Assembly (NCBI RefSeq): GCF_964204645.1
Contig: NC_134031.1
Span: forward strand, 7,502,001 to 7,566,000
Source of the DNA: Tubulanus polymorphus
Lineage: Eukaryota; Animalia; Nemertea
DNA length: 64,000 nt
Direction of reading: 5' to 3'
This document shows, piece by piece, positions 22,347-35,154 of this stretch (the stretch's first letter is position 1; the number at the start of each line of letters is the position of its first letter). Made by a program: the position numbers and the translations under genes. The notes under the pieces are model-generated. The model did not search any database, had not been told where the DNA came from, and saw nothing but the letters and a program-made list of their open reading frames with translations.

Positions 22347-24476
22347 GATTCATAATAATCAACTGTTGAAGGTTTGGACTGATTGTATCAAAAGATTGGT
22401 GTAAATTGAAGCCACGTCTTATTTATTGAAGCCAACAATTCATTGTTCGCATAAAATGAAAAATCGTTCTCGGAAGTATAACACAATTTAGATTTGTATT
22501 AGTTTATCATTGTGTATAATATAAATGTTACTAAATTAGATATGAATATTCGTTGTACAAGAATTCAGTGTAAATGGTAAAACATCGTTATAGGAGATTA
22601 GCTGAACAGGTTAGAAATTGTTAACACAAGTTGAATTCGTTCTAAGATCCGTCAGAATCCGATACCCCCTAATCCGCCTTTGCATCATTGCTCACGCCCG
22701 TGCTGAGTGCAGGATCTATTTCCAGGAGCGGTTCATAAAAAATGTTAATGTTAAACTGCCGACTAAAATCTCTAATGATAGGGGACCTATACGGCATATT
22801 GTTAGGCCAAACATAAGATGATATGGTACCGGTCATGGTACTGTCCGCCCGAGTACACTTCTTCAAGAAAACGATTAAAATGAGTTTTTGGTAGCTGAGC
22901 AGTGGTCACGACCCCTGAACCCCCCCCCCCTGCATCCGCGCCTGAAGTGGGGTCTTGAGTAGCGAAAGTGCCTTTCAAAGTCAGCGGCAAAAAATTTGGG
23001 TTAAGATTTTGCAATATAATTAATCATTACTATTTGGTTTTTTTGCATTATCAATTTTTTAATGCCCTCGTGAACCGCTGGCGGGAGGTATGTACCGCCT
23101 AATCTACTTACATAACTTCTCACGCTATGCCCCCATCATTGGAACCTTATCTTAAACTGATTTCTTAACTTCCCAGTTTGTACCAAGTACCACAGAGGTT
23201 GGAATTGAAAAGTCCATCCAAATTCAATTAAAAGAAAGATTTCGTAGAACTATCATACTGTTACAGTGCAGTGTGTACTACAGACCCTTCCAGAGTACAT
23301 TTGCTTTACGGTTGGTTTCGAAGCCTGCACAGCAGCGTTGGACATTGATCGCCAGGCCGTCTGTTAATTGCATCCAGCTTATGTATCGATGTTAATCTGG
23401 CAGGACTTCATCTGGCACTTAATGGAGTCTCACTGTCGGAAGCAGGGTATGTGACCTTCCCTTAGCTGGCCGTAGAACATGCATTTTGGGATGCGGCTCT
23501 CCATACGCACATGGATATTAGATGTACGTTTAGTGCATGTCAAAACTAGTCAGCTATTGTTATATTCGAGATACATTCTTCTCAATTTTGAAGCATCACG
23601 ATTGACATTCACCGACGACTCGAAATGCCGTTACATAAAGTAAATACCAACTAACTTCATTTTCTAATTTGAGAATTTATTGGTGGCATAGACGGTAGGA
23701 TGATTGTTTATGTGTACGTTTGGGGCGTTAGTTGCCACGAGTGAAGTCCAGAGTTAAAAGGAAATAATGGTAAAACGAGTGTAGGCTAACATTCCTCGGA
23801 TACAGGACTCCCTCCAAAATGCTAAAAGCCCTACTGCGGCTACTAAACCTCGGATACGTGAATTGAATTAGCAACGGAAATTGCTACACACGAATACTCT
23901 CGGAGGTTCCTTCGCACAAATCTACGAAACGTCTTCATTTTACGTGTGAAAATGCGAAAATTGTACAACTCTATCGAATTTTATAAACATATTTCATGTA
24001 GCTCTTACCCTTGAAACCTGAAGAGATTTTAACCAAGTTCGAGATTAGATTCGTTGTGTGTATAATCGATAGGCTCTGCTTCATCTGATGCGTTTGCGTC
24101 TGGTTTATCAGCGTATTGCCCAATGGTTATATCTGGTAGCCGATCGCATGGAAAAACGCCAAAGAAAGACGCTTTTAGATATTCCTCTATTATAACTATT
24201 AACATATCGCAAGCGAATTTATTAACGTTACAATCTCATGGCTGAATCGAAAAAACTATTACTTTACTTTACTTTTGCTTTATTTGACAAACTCTTGGTC
24301 TTAATACAAAGACAATTCGAGTGATACAGTATACATAAAAATAAATACATTATATATAGGACGCGCAGTAGATAGATACATAATTACACATTGATTTTCA
24401 TGTGAGCTATCAATTGAAAAGTTTCAAAATTCTACCAACAAAAATACACAGTTTACGGAGTTCGGCTCCGTAAATT

Positions 24477-25040
24477 ATGATTTACAAAATGTCTGGCAAA
24501 TTTTTCACCGTTGAAAATATTTTCCGCAAAGGATCAGTTACCACGGAACATATCGACTTTGAAGATATCGACTGGTCTACCGGATTTGCAATTTGCAAAT
24601 ATTGTAATACGTCAATTACATACGGTAGTTTTCAAGTAACGACGTGTTGCAAGAAACCGATTTGTCAAGATTGCTGGTTAGTGAATGCTCAGTGGTTAAG
24701 CGTTCAACATGATTTCGAATGCCCTATCGAGGATTGTGTCGCACATTTTAGGATTATCAAACGTATAGCAAAAAAAGACTGTTATCGCTGTCACGCGCGA
24801 GAGGATTTGCTTCATTGTTGTGATAAAACTATATGTTGGTCGTGTTTAAGAGACGTCGGAACGTATGACGGGTACGAAGAAAACTTTTGTTTTACTTGTA
24901 GAACCAATTTTTGTAAAATGAATACGTGTTCGGTATGTTTGGAAATTACTAGACAAAAGACAGACTGCTGCGGTACTTATATTCATATTTTGTGCGCGAA
25001 GGAAATTGGAGTGAAATCGTGTGTAAATTGTGAATTTTAA
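24477..25040 (+). CDS. Intronless Cys-rich protein with three tandem RING-like zinc fingers
   Basis: Three blocks of CxxC...CC-x3-(C/H)xxC...Cx2-4C; AATAAA 5 nt after the stop. Confidence 0.7.
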   Translation: MIYKMSGKFFTVENIFRKGSVTTEHIDFEDIDWSTGFAICKYCNTSITYGSFQVTTCCKKPICQDCWLVNAQWLSVQHDFECPIEDCVAHFRIIKRIAKKDCYRCHAREDLLHCCDKTICWSCLRDVGTYDGYEENFCFTCRTNFCKMNTCSVCLEITRQKTDCCGTYIHILCAKEIGVKSCVNCEF

Positions 25041-25269
25041 CGGTCAATAAACGTTTTTTTCTTATTGTTTTATATTGTTTTTGTTTGTTTTTTGTGGTTT
25101 CTTCGTTTCACTCGTACTCGTGATTTCTGGAAAAGAAAGCGCCATCTAGGATTCAACTTCACTTCCCTCTCCCCTCCACATACGCATAGGATCGCGTAAT
25201 AGTGACGCCATCTAGGGAATTAATCAGACCACTGAATTGATTTGGATTCTCCCACCTCCCCTAGAGAAA

Positions 25270-25382
25270 AAAAAAATCTTAAGGAAAATATCTTGAGAAA
25301 AATATCTTAAGGAAAAAATCTTGAGAAAAAATCTCAAGACAAACGTCTTAAGACATACGTCTTAACACAAACGTCTTAAGAA
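25270..25382. repeat. Short CTTAAG/CTTGAG-centred tandem repeats
   Basis: aaaa(t)atcttRag about five times, then acgtcttaa three times. Confidence 0.75.
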
Positions 25383-26454
25383 AGTCCTCCTCACTCCTCC
25401 TCCACCCTCCACTGTGGCCCCATAGTGACATACCCTAACTACTCGCAGAAAACTATATAAACGCCGTCTTTTGTAATAGAGCTCACTCGTAATGTCTTTC
25501 GAGACCTAAGTGGGAAATTTATCAATTCTATGTTGTATTTCTATTTTTCTATAATAAAGACTTGTATTAAAAAAACGAAAATGCCTTTCGTGGATGGATA
25601 AGGCACGAATACTTATACAAAGTAAAGGTACGACGAATATTTCCGAGGCGCAAGAGGAAATAAATGTACTGGAAATTTCAATCAGTAACCAGGATGTGCT
25701 GGCGTCAATCAGAACCATGAAAAATTGACACGTTCTGGGTTATACTAATCCATTTCGATGGAATCAAATCAAATGATCAGAATCAAACCACGAAATGTAG
25801 TAAATGTTCAACCAAGGCTGGAACTAGCAATACAATCGACCAAAATAACCTGAAAATGCTTACTAACGAATAGCACTAAAGAAAATCCCAATACGGAAAA
25901 TTGGCCTTGGACCGAAGAGGCCGGTGATCACGATGAAACTAAGGAATATTGAAATACCAATCTCAAGCCCCATGTTAACATCATTATCGCCCATCCCCGA
26001 CAAGCCGCAGATACAAAACATTGCTGCCTGTCACTCAACCAATATCACAACTTAGAATTTCTAAGTTTCCCAGAAATAGGAACTGGCAGGTTGATGAAGA
26101 GGGAGGTAAAACAGAACAAGCAACAAAGAGAAAAGTCAATATTTGCTCAGACTGTGGAAACTATTTGGTGTGAAATAGTTTCCACAAAGTATCTAGCGTA
26201 CTATCGGAGAGAATTGTAACGTTGTCCTTTCTTGGGTCGATGTATACTTCACGAATAAAACCAGTAAACCAGTCGAATGCAACGTTTAGAGTATATGAAT
26301 ATCTTTCTACTGCAGCTTACAGAAAATGTCCATTAAAATCTTTACCAGGGCTCTACCAGAATCTCTCAAAAACTCCCCCGAACATTCAGAATTGTTGCCT
26401 GTTTGTACCAATCTATCTTCCTAGTGTCAAAATAATAATTTACTACTTCCAAGA

Positions 26455-26651
26455 AACAAATTTTCTAACTGACAATTCGACGGGGAAAACCGGAACAACT
26501 TATTTCTGACTGACAATCCGACGGAGAAAACCAGAAAAATTATTTCTTATAGACAACTTGACGAGGAAAAACCAGAACAATTATTTTTGATAGACAGCTT
26601 GACCAGGAAAAACCAGCACAATTATTTTTGATAGACAACTTGACCAGGAAA
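26455..26651 (+). repeat. About 41-bp tandem minisatellite (about 5 copies)
   Basis: Unit like gacaacttgaccaggaaaaaccagaacaattatttttgata, more diverged leftwards. Confidence 0.85.
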
Positions 26652-27119
26652 TGAATGTGAATATGAATTTCTTTTCACTTCAAATAACAATCATATAATA
26701 CAAAGATTATGTCAGATTACATTTATATGCATTGAATGTGAAGGACACTCCTTGAGCCATAAGGCTGTACAAGAGGAGCGCCCTATGAAGAATGAATGAT
26801 TCATAATAACAATAGTTATAATCAGTAATGATAATAATAATAGATGTAAATAATAATCATAACAATTATAATGAAGATTATTATTATAATATAATATAAT
26901 GATAATAATTAAGATGATAATAATGATAGAAGTTTTAATGATAATAATTTAAAATGGAAAGAAAGGCATGACAAAATATAATGTAATAATAATGTTTAAC
27001 AGGTAATCCATAGTGACAAAATATAATTTTACAACAATATTCAACAAGAAATCCGTAATGATTGTATTACATGTAATGATAATAATGGTTATAATAATAA
27101 TGATCATAATGGTGATGAT

Positions 27120-27191
27120 TGTCGAAGACTGAGCGACAAAAGACTAACAAATGGACAACGCTTAACGTAAAACTCTTAATAACCGGCAGAG
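27120..27191 (-). repeat. BEL 3' LTR remnant
   Basis: tgtcgaagactgagcgacaaaagactaac...accggcagag matches 32968-33038; the rest is missing. Confidence 0.88.
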
Positions 27192-30100
27192 AATTTCAAA
27201 CAGTTCTTGAAATGTTTGGATTTTTTAGAAAATTGTTTCTGAAAATAATGAACTTCAGAGTTCAGTACCCTGGATTTTTATGCGCGCGGCAAAAACTGAC
27301 CACCGATTTTCATATCGCTCTCATGTCGCATTGTTGCAAATTTGAGAAATGATCTTTGCATAAATGAAAACTAAAGATTCTCCCGGTTTAAATGTTGCAA
27401 AAATTGTCAAAATCTATCCAGGGACAGATGAGATATGATAAAACACGCATCACAAATAGTTTTTAAAAAGGAGAAAAAATGACCTAACAATAAAAGATAA
27501 AAGTACCCTAATAAAATGGTGGCTAGCAACTGTACGGTTTATTGCCCGAGTAACTAGACGGGCGAGTATAAGCAGTTATACGCGCATCAGGTACATTACC
27601 CATGTTCGGTATCAAATGTTTAACCCTATCACGTCGACAAATCACGCAATTTTGTATGACACTTCTGACTAAGCTACGACCTTTGACAGGCCCAAGTTTC
27701 TGTCGGACCTCAGCCAAGACGTGCTCGGGACCGGCATGTAGTAACGCTTCATGAGTCTCGGCAATAACCAAACGAGAAACATGATGCCCAAACGGTAAGA
27801 TTACTTGATGTCAGGCTTCTAATAGTATGTCGGCTTTCGCAGGTCTACCGCCTACTTTCAATACCCCATCACCAAAGATCGGACGTAGAGGTTATATGGG
27901 ACCTTTCCTTGATAAAGTACCCTTACATTGCAGAGATCCAATCTCATCTCCGTAACCCTCACGCTGAGCGAATTTAATGAGACAGCGTTGCGCTTCGCTA
28001 AGCTCAGATGGCAATAAGTTTCGACCACCCTTGCCACCATCAACGTTTAACCGAGGGACCAATGATTACGGCCCTAATTACCCTACATGGCAACGTAACT
28101 CGTACCATGATGAGAACCTATCAATTTATATTCACCAACTGAAACACATTATCAAATACAGAATCCAAGTTTTTGTTTACAACGGAACTAGCATATGCAC
28201 ATTTTTTAATATTTTCACGATCGATCAGGGGTCCATGAGCTATTGACTGATTAGGCCACTCATCTACCGGTACCTCATTTGCCGAATACAAGAAATCAGG
28301 TCCACGGAGCAAACGTGAACTGGTATGAATTTCGGCAGCAGGCAAACCATGTGTACAGAATGTCAGCCGGGTTTACACAAGATGGAACATACATCCACTG
28401 CTCGGCCGAAGTATGAAGTAATATCTTACTTAATCTGTTTGCGACGAACGTCTTGAACCTGGTTAAACTATTATTGATGTATCTGAGGACCGTAACAGCG
28501 TCCGACCAGTATAAAATGCGAAGAAATTTCAACTCTGGTAGTTCGTTCTTCAAAGTTTAGGCAAGTTTCACACCAAGAACAGCTCCTTCAAGCTCCAACT
28601 TCGGTACTGTGATCATGCGTACAGGAGCAACTCGAGTCTTTGAAGCCAAGAAAGAACAACTGATGTCTCCAGAGAGGTGTTTCATGCGGAGATCAGCCAC
28701 AGCTCCAAACCCTTTCTCCGACGCATCAAAGAAGGTATGTAATTCAACCAATGTTTCACCCACAACCAAACCAAGTTGATGTTCCAGACGAAAGTCGGCT
28801 AAAAATACGAGCTCCGCTGCCCATTCTTGCCATGTAATGAAACACTCACCGGAGAGCTCATCATCCCAGTCGAAATTTTGCGCCACATTTCTTGTATCAA
28901 GCATTTAGCTTGAACGCAAACGGCGATGCAAACCCCAACGGATCGAAAATTGAGCTGGCGATACTTACGACAAGGTTCTTCGTAGGAACACCTTCTTTCA
29001 AAACAGGTTTTATTACAAAGTTGTCAGATTCCGCATCCCACTTGATACCCAGTCAGTTCAACCGGGAACGCTGCCTCCGTTTGTGACCTTAGGATAGCAA
29101 GCTCAGTCTATCTACGCGCAATGGTGACTAGAAAGTTGCCTCTTGACATCAGTCTCATTAAAAGCTACCAAAAACCTAATCGTGACAATGTAAATAAAAC
29201 CCGATCAAGACTGTATATATGTAAGTGTACAAACATGTATTCAATATTCACGTGTCTGTGCCGCTTTCTTACTGACGGTCTATCAATACGCATAGCACTG
29301 TCCGTTTGATTGCGATACATTCACGGACCTTACTCACTTTATATTAGAAACACATAACTGCTCCCAGTGTAAAATTTATACTTTGAGGCAAATTCAGCAC
29401 CAGATGTGAAGTACCAACTGCGCACCCCTTGACGGAGAAACCCATCCTCATTGGAGCTGCACCGTCGATGTCATACAACTACACTTCGGATACCCCAGGG
29501 CCATCCTCTCATCTGGAAAATTTGCGTTTCGAAATGTACTTTCTTCCTATCTAGTCAACACGCGGGATCATCAACTTAGAGGACTTCTACATCAACATCT
29601 ACCCGAAAAAAAAACCACAATAAACTATCGGACTATTTACACGTAGAAAACGACCAAAAAAATATAAAAATGGACAAAATGATCTTGTAATATAGCTATT
29701 TCCAGAATCTCATTGTATTAAATTAGGCAGCCAGAAAAATTCATCCTAATCAGTCGCTTGCCGGTTCAGACTGAATGGAAGATTGTTTGGATGAACCGGA
29801 ACCGAATTTCCAATTATGTACTTCGATTTTAAAATATTCTGTTAACTCGACCGCCGATCACACATCTATATCTGTACTTCGATTTCCGATTTCAAAATCA
29901 AACCCCCTGTTTCGCTCCCGGCAGGTGTGGTGGGTCTGTAAGGGACACTCAATCGAAAAATCAAACAAAATTTACCAGCCAAATAAATAAATAATGGGGA
30001 CAATCCCTATTTTAAGATCAAGATCAAGATCGAGTTCTGGTCGAGCTCTTTCTTCGCGTAATGTGTGCCAAGACTTCTCGACTGTTTGACATCCATTTCG

Positions 30101-30744
30101 TCAGGTGAAATCCTCCCTTCGTAAGGATTACTGTTATTTCTTTTGCGCCAAAAATATGTACGGTCATCTTGTAGACGTCTGGATCCGATTCTTCTCGAAT
30201 ATCGTCTTGCCACAAGAATAATAGTGAATTTGATTCAGACTCGGGTACTTTCACTTGGTTGAACATACACTATACATCTGCGACAAACGCGATAGCCCCG
30301 AGTCTGAAACGTTGTAAGACCCCGAAAAGACTATTCAATAGATCTGGTCCAGTCAGTTACCGATTGGTAAGACTAACGCCGTTGCATAAAGCCGCAGCGT
30401 CAAACACAACTCTGACTTTGCCCGGCTTGTTAGGATTTGTTGTACCTGCACGATGCGGCAAATACCAGGTTTTCTTGCCCCTAGTCATCAGGTCATCCCC
30501 CGTGAGCTTACGGGCATGGCCCTTTTCAATGTAGCTATTGACTGTTTTGCAATAAGCTTCACGGAGTATCGGGTCATTCTCGAGCTGTTTCTTAAGATTT
30601 TTAAAACGGATTTTTGCAGATTATTAGGCATTTGCGAATCAGTGTTATGCCACAGAATACCTACCTCATATTTGCCTTGGTTGAGTCTATACGATTCGTT
30701 CAAAATAGAAATAGCGCGACGATCCTCGACAGACCATAGTATAT

Positions 30745-31352
30745 AGGGTTTAGTTGTTTCAATTACTGAACTAATTGATACTTTTGATAATGGTGTTAAA
30801 AATCCTAAAATATTCAATACAGTTTTAAAATTTTAAAGGAACTTTAGATGAAAACATAATAAATATTCTTAAAACTCCTTTCAATGAAAGAAATGATGAT
30901 ATAATACTTTCAAAAGATTATAATGATTTGATTAACTTAAGAATTGAAAAAAGACAATTATATTGTTTCAATTTTGATAATAAACAAATTATCTACAATG
31001 AAAATTCATCAAATATTGGTATTCAATGTGAATTAGATAATGAAAAATCATTTAAAGATATTGCAGTTCAATGTAATTTAGATGATGAATTTAGAAAATT
31101 CAATCCTAATGAAAAAGTGCATTGTTATTGCGGAGGTAAATATTTAAAATCACATAAATCAAAGCATTATGAAACAATTAAACATAAAAACTGGCGTAAA
31201 GAGTAACAATTCTACATTATAATTATTGAATTAAGTTAAATGATTTAAACATCTAATAGACTGTTAAAATGATAAATTGTTTGACAGTTGAAATGATAAA
31301 TTGTTTGACAGTTAAAATGATAAATTGTTTGACAGTTGAAATGATAAATTGT
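30745..31352 (+). other. Foreign AT-rich insert inside BEL: zinc-finger ORF fragment (30928-31206) plus 4 x 24-bp tandem repeat (31259-31352)
   Basis: Abrupt composition change; KVHCYCGGKYLKSHKSKHYETIKH; repeat unit gacagttgaaatgataaattgttt. Confidence 0.75.
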
Positions 31353-32967
31353 CTCCTTAGTCAATGTCTGTTGTTCGACGGCAGAATCATTCAGCAAATC
31401 TTCACCGCCACTGGAGAAGCAGTGAGGACTTAGGCTGCTGAGGTGACCCAGAAGATAAATCGGATATCATTTCATTATCTCGATGAAGACTGGTATGGTG
31501 TCTCTTTTTGCAAGTGTGACAGCTAACTGCGGATGGACAGTTAGATTTCACGTGACCTGGACAAAGACTATTGAAACATAATTTAAACCATCGAATCACT
31601 GCAAGACGTTCATTGAAATTCTTTTGAATGAATTTCTTGCAACGAGAAATATTATATTGAGCAGGACAGAGTGCACAGCTGAATCGATTAACTCTATTGT
31701 AATGGCCAGTTTGCTGTTTCAAAACTTATTGATAATTGACGATTTGTTGATGGGTTTGTTTCGTAACGGAAGGTACACTGACCGCGTACGGCCCGCATTC
31801 AGCATCCACTCTATCCTGTAACCACAGGTTTTAAATCATATAAATTTGGTTCTCCTAAACGAGCTACATTTTTAACATGTTCATTCCATTTATGTCGTTT
31901 CTTAAAGGGAAGTCTCCTGGCAACTCTTTGTAGTATTTCACAACTTGCGAGTTCGTTTGTGTAATTTAACTTCGTCAGAGTCGTCAAACAATCTCGAATG
32001 CTTGTGTAGAAATCTCGAAGTGCGACAGTACTAGATTGTACAACCGGTCCCGCAGCCACACTGTTGATATAGGCCCTGGCTACGAGACCTTTATGGCCGA
32101 AAACGCGTTTTAATTCTTGCAGGGCATGCGCATAATTGCGACCTGAATACCCGAGACCGCAAATAAGTTTCCAGATAACAGAATGTCCATTCGTTGGCTG
32201 TCAGTTATACCAACGCATTGATGGACTTGAACGTGAAACTGCTCAACGAACTTAGGCCAAACAAATGCCGACTAATCGAAAATCGGGAACTCTACTGGTG
32301 GCAAAATATCGATCAACGCTCAGCTACTCCAACGCACGCTATAAAATTAGCTTCTCCGCCCGTTTCAAATCCGGGTGCTGTCTCGCTGGTCAATCCAAGC
32401 ATCGATTGCTTCGTCATGGCTGGGCGGCGGTAAAAATAGGTTGCTGATACACCCAACGTTCGTGTCGTCAGAACGACTCCCTGGCTGCTCAAATGGTAAC
32501 TCATCGGCTGTGGTCTCAACCATACCCTCGTGTTTCGGTCGCGTATTAGACTTACGTGATTTGACTCAACCTGCGTCGGAATCCATGAGATCTAGAGATA
32601 GAGACCTGATTTTACAGTCTATTTTATCGACGATGTCCAGAACCTTTTCCGAATACGGTTCGAACCACAATCAGCATCGAGAACATCCTCGTCGCAGAGA
32701 GATGATCTGAGTGCGTACCGTTTCCAGACGTTCTAACGATTTCAAAACGGTTTCTTTCACTAAACTGAGAGCACTCTGGCTCTTGAGAATTTCGACTTGG
32801 CTTTGACCCTTTTCGACATTTCGGGTCAGCCAACCTGCTAACGACTTCCTAGATTTGAACAGCTTCTCACGACTCTCGTCATCGTGTTCTGCGCGTTCCT
32901 TGTTTTCGGTGGACATCATTCGACGGCGTTGCTGTTTTCAGGTGACGTCAAGTAGAGCTTTAACTTT

Positions 32968-33389
32968 TGTCGAAGACTGAGCGACAAAAGACTAACAAAT
33001 GGACAACGCTTAACGTCCTCTTTTAATAACCGGCAGAGCGGTAGCGAGAACGATAATGAGTTAACTACAAAAAATATAACAAACAACTAAAGGCACATTC
33101 AGTTAAAGAATTTCAGAAATAGGCAAAATTTGTAATAAATTAGTAATACATTGCAAACAACTTACATCTCTTTATCCGGCTAGATTCGCATGGTAAACCG
33201 GCTCAACTCAAATGGCAAATGCCCAGAGAACTAGCTAGAATAGTGACAATACCCATATACAGAAATACAGAAACAGTCACAAACCGAAAACCTGAAATCT
33301 AAGTAGCCAAAAATGCGCTGTGCATGAAGCGCGAACCTGAAACTTTAACTATAGTACCGGTATGAGTTAGTATATATCAGTTGACAACA
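32968..33389 (-). repeat. BEL 5' LTR (422 bp)
   Basis: Bounded by TG/CA, adjacent to the TSD, upstream of the Gag fragments on the minus strand. Confidence 0.88.
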
Positions 33390-34518
33390 ATGATGTTTAG
33401 TAGAAGCCAATGATCAAAGATGATTCAGAATCTAACAGTCTTCTAATAGTTAGATATTGCAGTCTTTTTGAAGTTAGAAGTTAGAGAATTTATTGATTTT
33501 GAGTATTTTAGACTGAGACTGGTGTTTTGCCAAATCATCGGTATTTTAGCCAGAAATGAATTGTTAAAGCGTTTACTTTTATGCTGTTGAGCCCTAGGGT
33601 ACTGACGACTACGCGTTCTGTACAGGTGGTGAAAAACCCGGAGATAAAGTCTCAATCTTTTTTAGAGAACTGAATTTCTGTAACATGATTTATGATACAG
33701 AAGTTAGTAATATCTAAGAGCATTATATTTTTGTGAAAATTATTCATAATAGGGAAGTTGATAGTATTTGACAGAACATCTAAAAAATATTTGATTTTTT
33801 GTTTTGCGAATTGACACCAGGATGATAGATTTAGTTTTTTATATGTATGTATACATACAATATGACGGTGGTCGCTTCGTCACAAGAATGAAAGAATCCT
33901 GTGCTTACCGCAGGGAAGATATCCCAAATACCGAGGCTTTGAAAGAGAAGAATCCACTGGAGGATCAGGGAATAAAATGCCTGAGATTTACAGCCGAAGA
34001 TTATATCGCTTGGATGAAAGAAATTTTCAAAGACGAAATGAAAGAAATAGCTGAACAAAGAGTCGATAAAGAAGACTTTAAGTTATCTCAGGATGACGTC
34101 ATTGATGGGCTAAAGGCCTGCATTAGTCGTCAAGAATTTGACTGGTTGCAAAATGGCGCTATCATTTTGTTATTGCTTCAAAAGTACGATATGATCCAAA
34201 GTTGACTGTTATCCCAACGATTAAATCGTCCATATAAAATGTGAACAAAAGCATGGTAGCAAGATATTGTATAAAATGCATGAAATATAGAGTTTTATGT
34301 ACCTAATCTACTCCTCCATTGGGGTTCCCCAATTTACTACTCCATGTTTTGTCCTAACCATGCACCACACGAACATTTTGAGATGTCAGCTGGGCTAATA
34401 CGGCGACCCCTATTTGTTAAAGGCAGTTTTTGGCTTTTAACTCCTGTTACTTTAAAAGATATTAGAGTAGTGGTTCCAGTTGCCTTCATTGGCTCTTGAC
34501 TAAACGCTTGTAATGATG

Positions 34519-34750
34519 ACTGTAGTGAACTGATATAAATCTCAGTATAGTTAGCAAATAAAAACATACAGTAGATTTGTAGAAACAGTTTATTTCCTAA
34601 TAATTTCGACGTTAATTCTAAACCACTTCTTCAGAGGAACTAAAAAGATATCATATTAGTTCCTCTGAAGATGAGGTTTAGAATAAACCTCGAAACTGTT
34701 AGAAAATAACTATATAACTTTTTCCACAAATCTACTGTGGGTTTTTATTT
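34519..34750. mobile_element. Penelope-like inverted-repeat relic with two minimal hammerhead-ribozyme-like motifs
   Basis: Imperfect palindrome 34554-34752; flanking 13-bp direct repeat GCTTGTAATGATG (34506-34518, 34751-34763); CTGAAGA-stem-GAAA cores on both arms. Confidence 0.65.
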
Positions 34751-35154
34751 GCTTGTAATGATGTATCGTTTTACTAGGAAACTTGTACGGTTCTAGGGTA
34801 GCGCAGCCTAACAATCGTGGAAAAACACATTAATTCACAAATTAGATAAAAAGGCAACAATGAAATTTCATACCTATGTACCATATTGGACTTGTGAAAA
34901 CATTTACCAACCTGATATTTTACTGTATAATGTTTCGCCATTTACAATGAATTCTTTGACAGAATATATTTATACTTAATTTAGTTATATCTATTTCACA
35001 CTATAACAGATTTTCACAAAATCTGAATAAATTGTGTTAGATTTCTGAGAATCGATTTTTCATTTGATGCGAATTGTGAACTTTAATGAGTAAGTAAGAC
35101 GTGGCTTATATTTGCATCATAGTCCACACCTTCAACAGTTTATTATCATGAATC

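Larger units (their letters stand above)
27120..33389 (-). mobile_element. BEL/Pao LTR retrotransposon, heavily decayed
   Basis: TGT...ACA ends with 5-bp TSD ATGAT (27115-27119, 33390-33394). Minus-strand fragments: Gag Cys/His knuckles (31402-31722), RT (FNQV...FLW...HIFGA; GGFHLTKWMSNS), RNase H (LHTFFDASEKGFGAV...SKTRVAP...VPKLEL; WSD...FVANR...NPAD), integrase zinc-binding region (HEALLHAG...CVIC). Confidence 0.93.
26680..33795 (-). mobile_element. 3' fragment of a CR1/L2-group LINE, split by the BEL element
   Basis: 33443-33655 reads HHLYRTR...FNNSFLAKIPMIWQN...FKK...Y*, typical of a LINE ORF2 C-terminus; AT-rich 3'UTR-like sequence resumes at 27119-26680 beyond the BEL TSD. Boundaries approximate. 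Confidence 0.6.
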
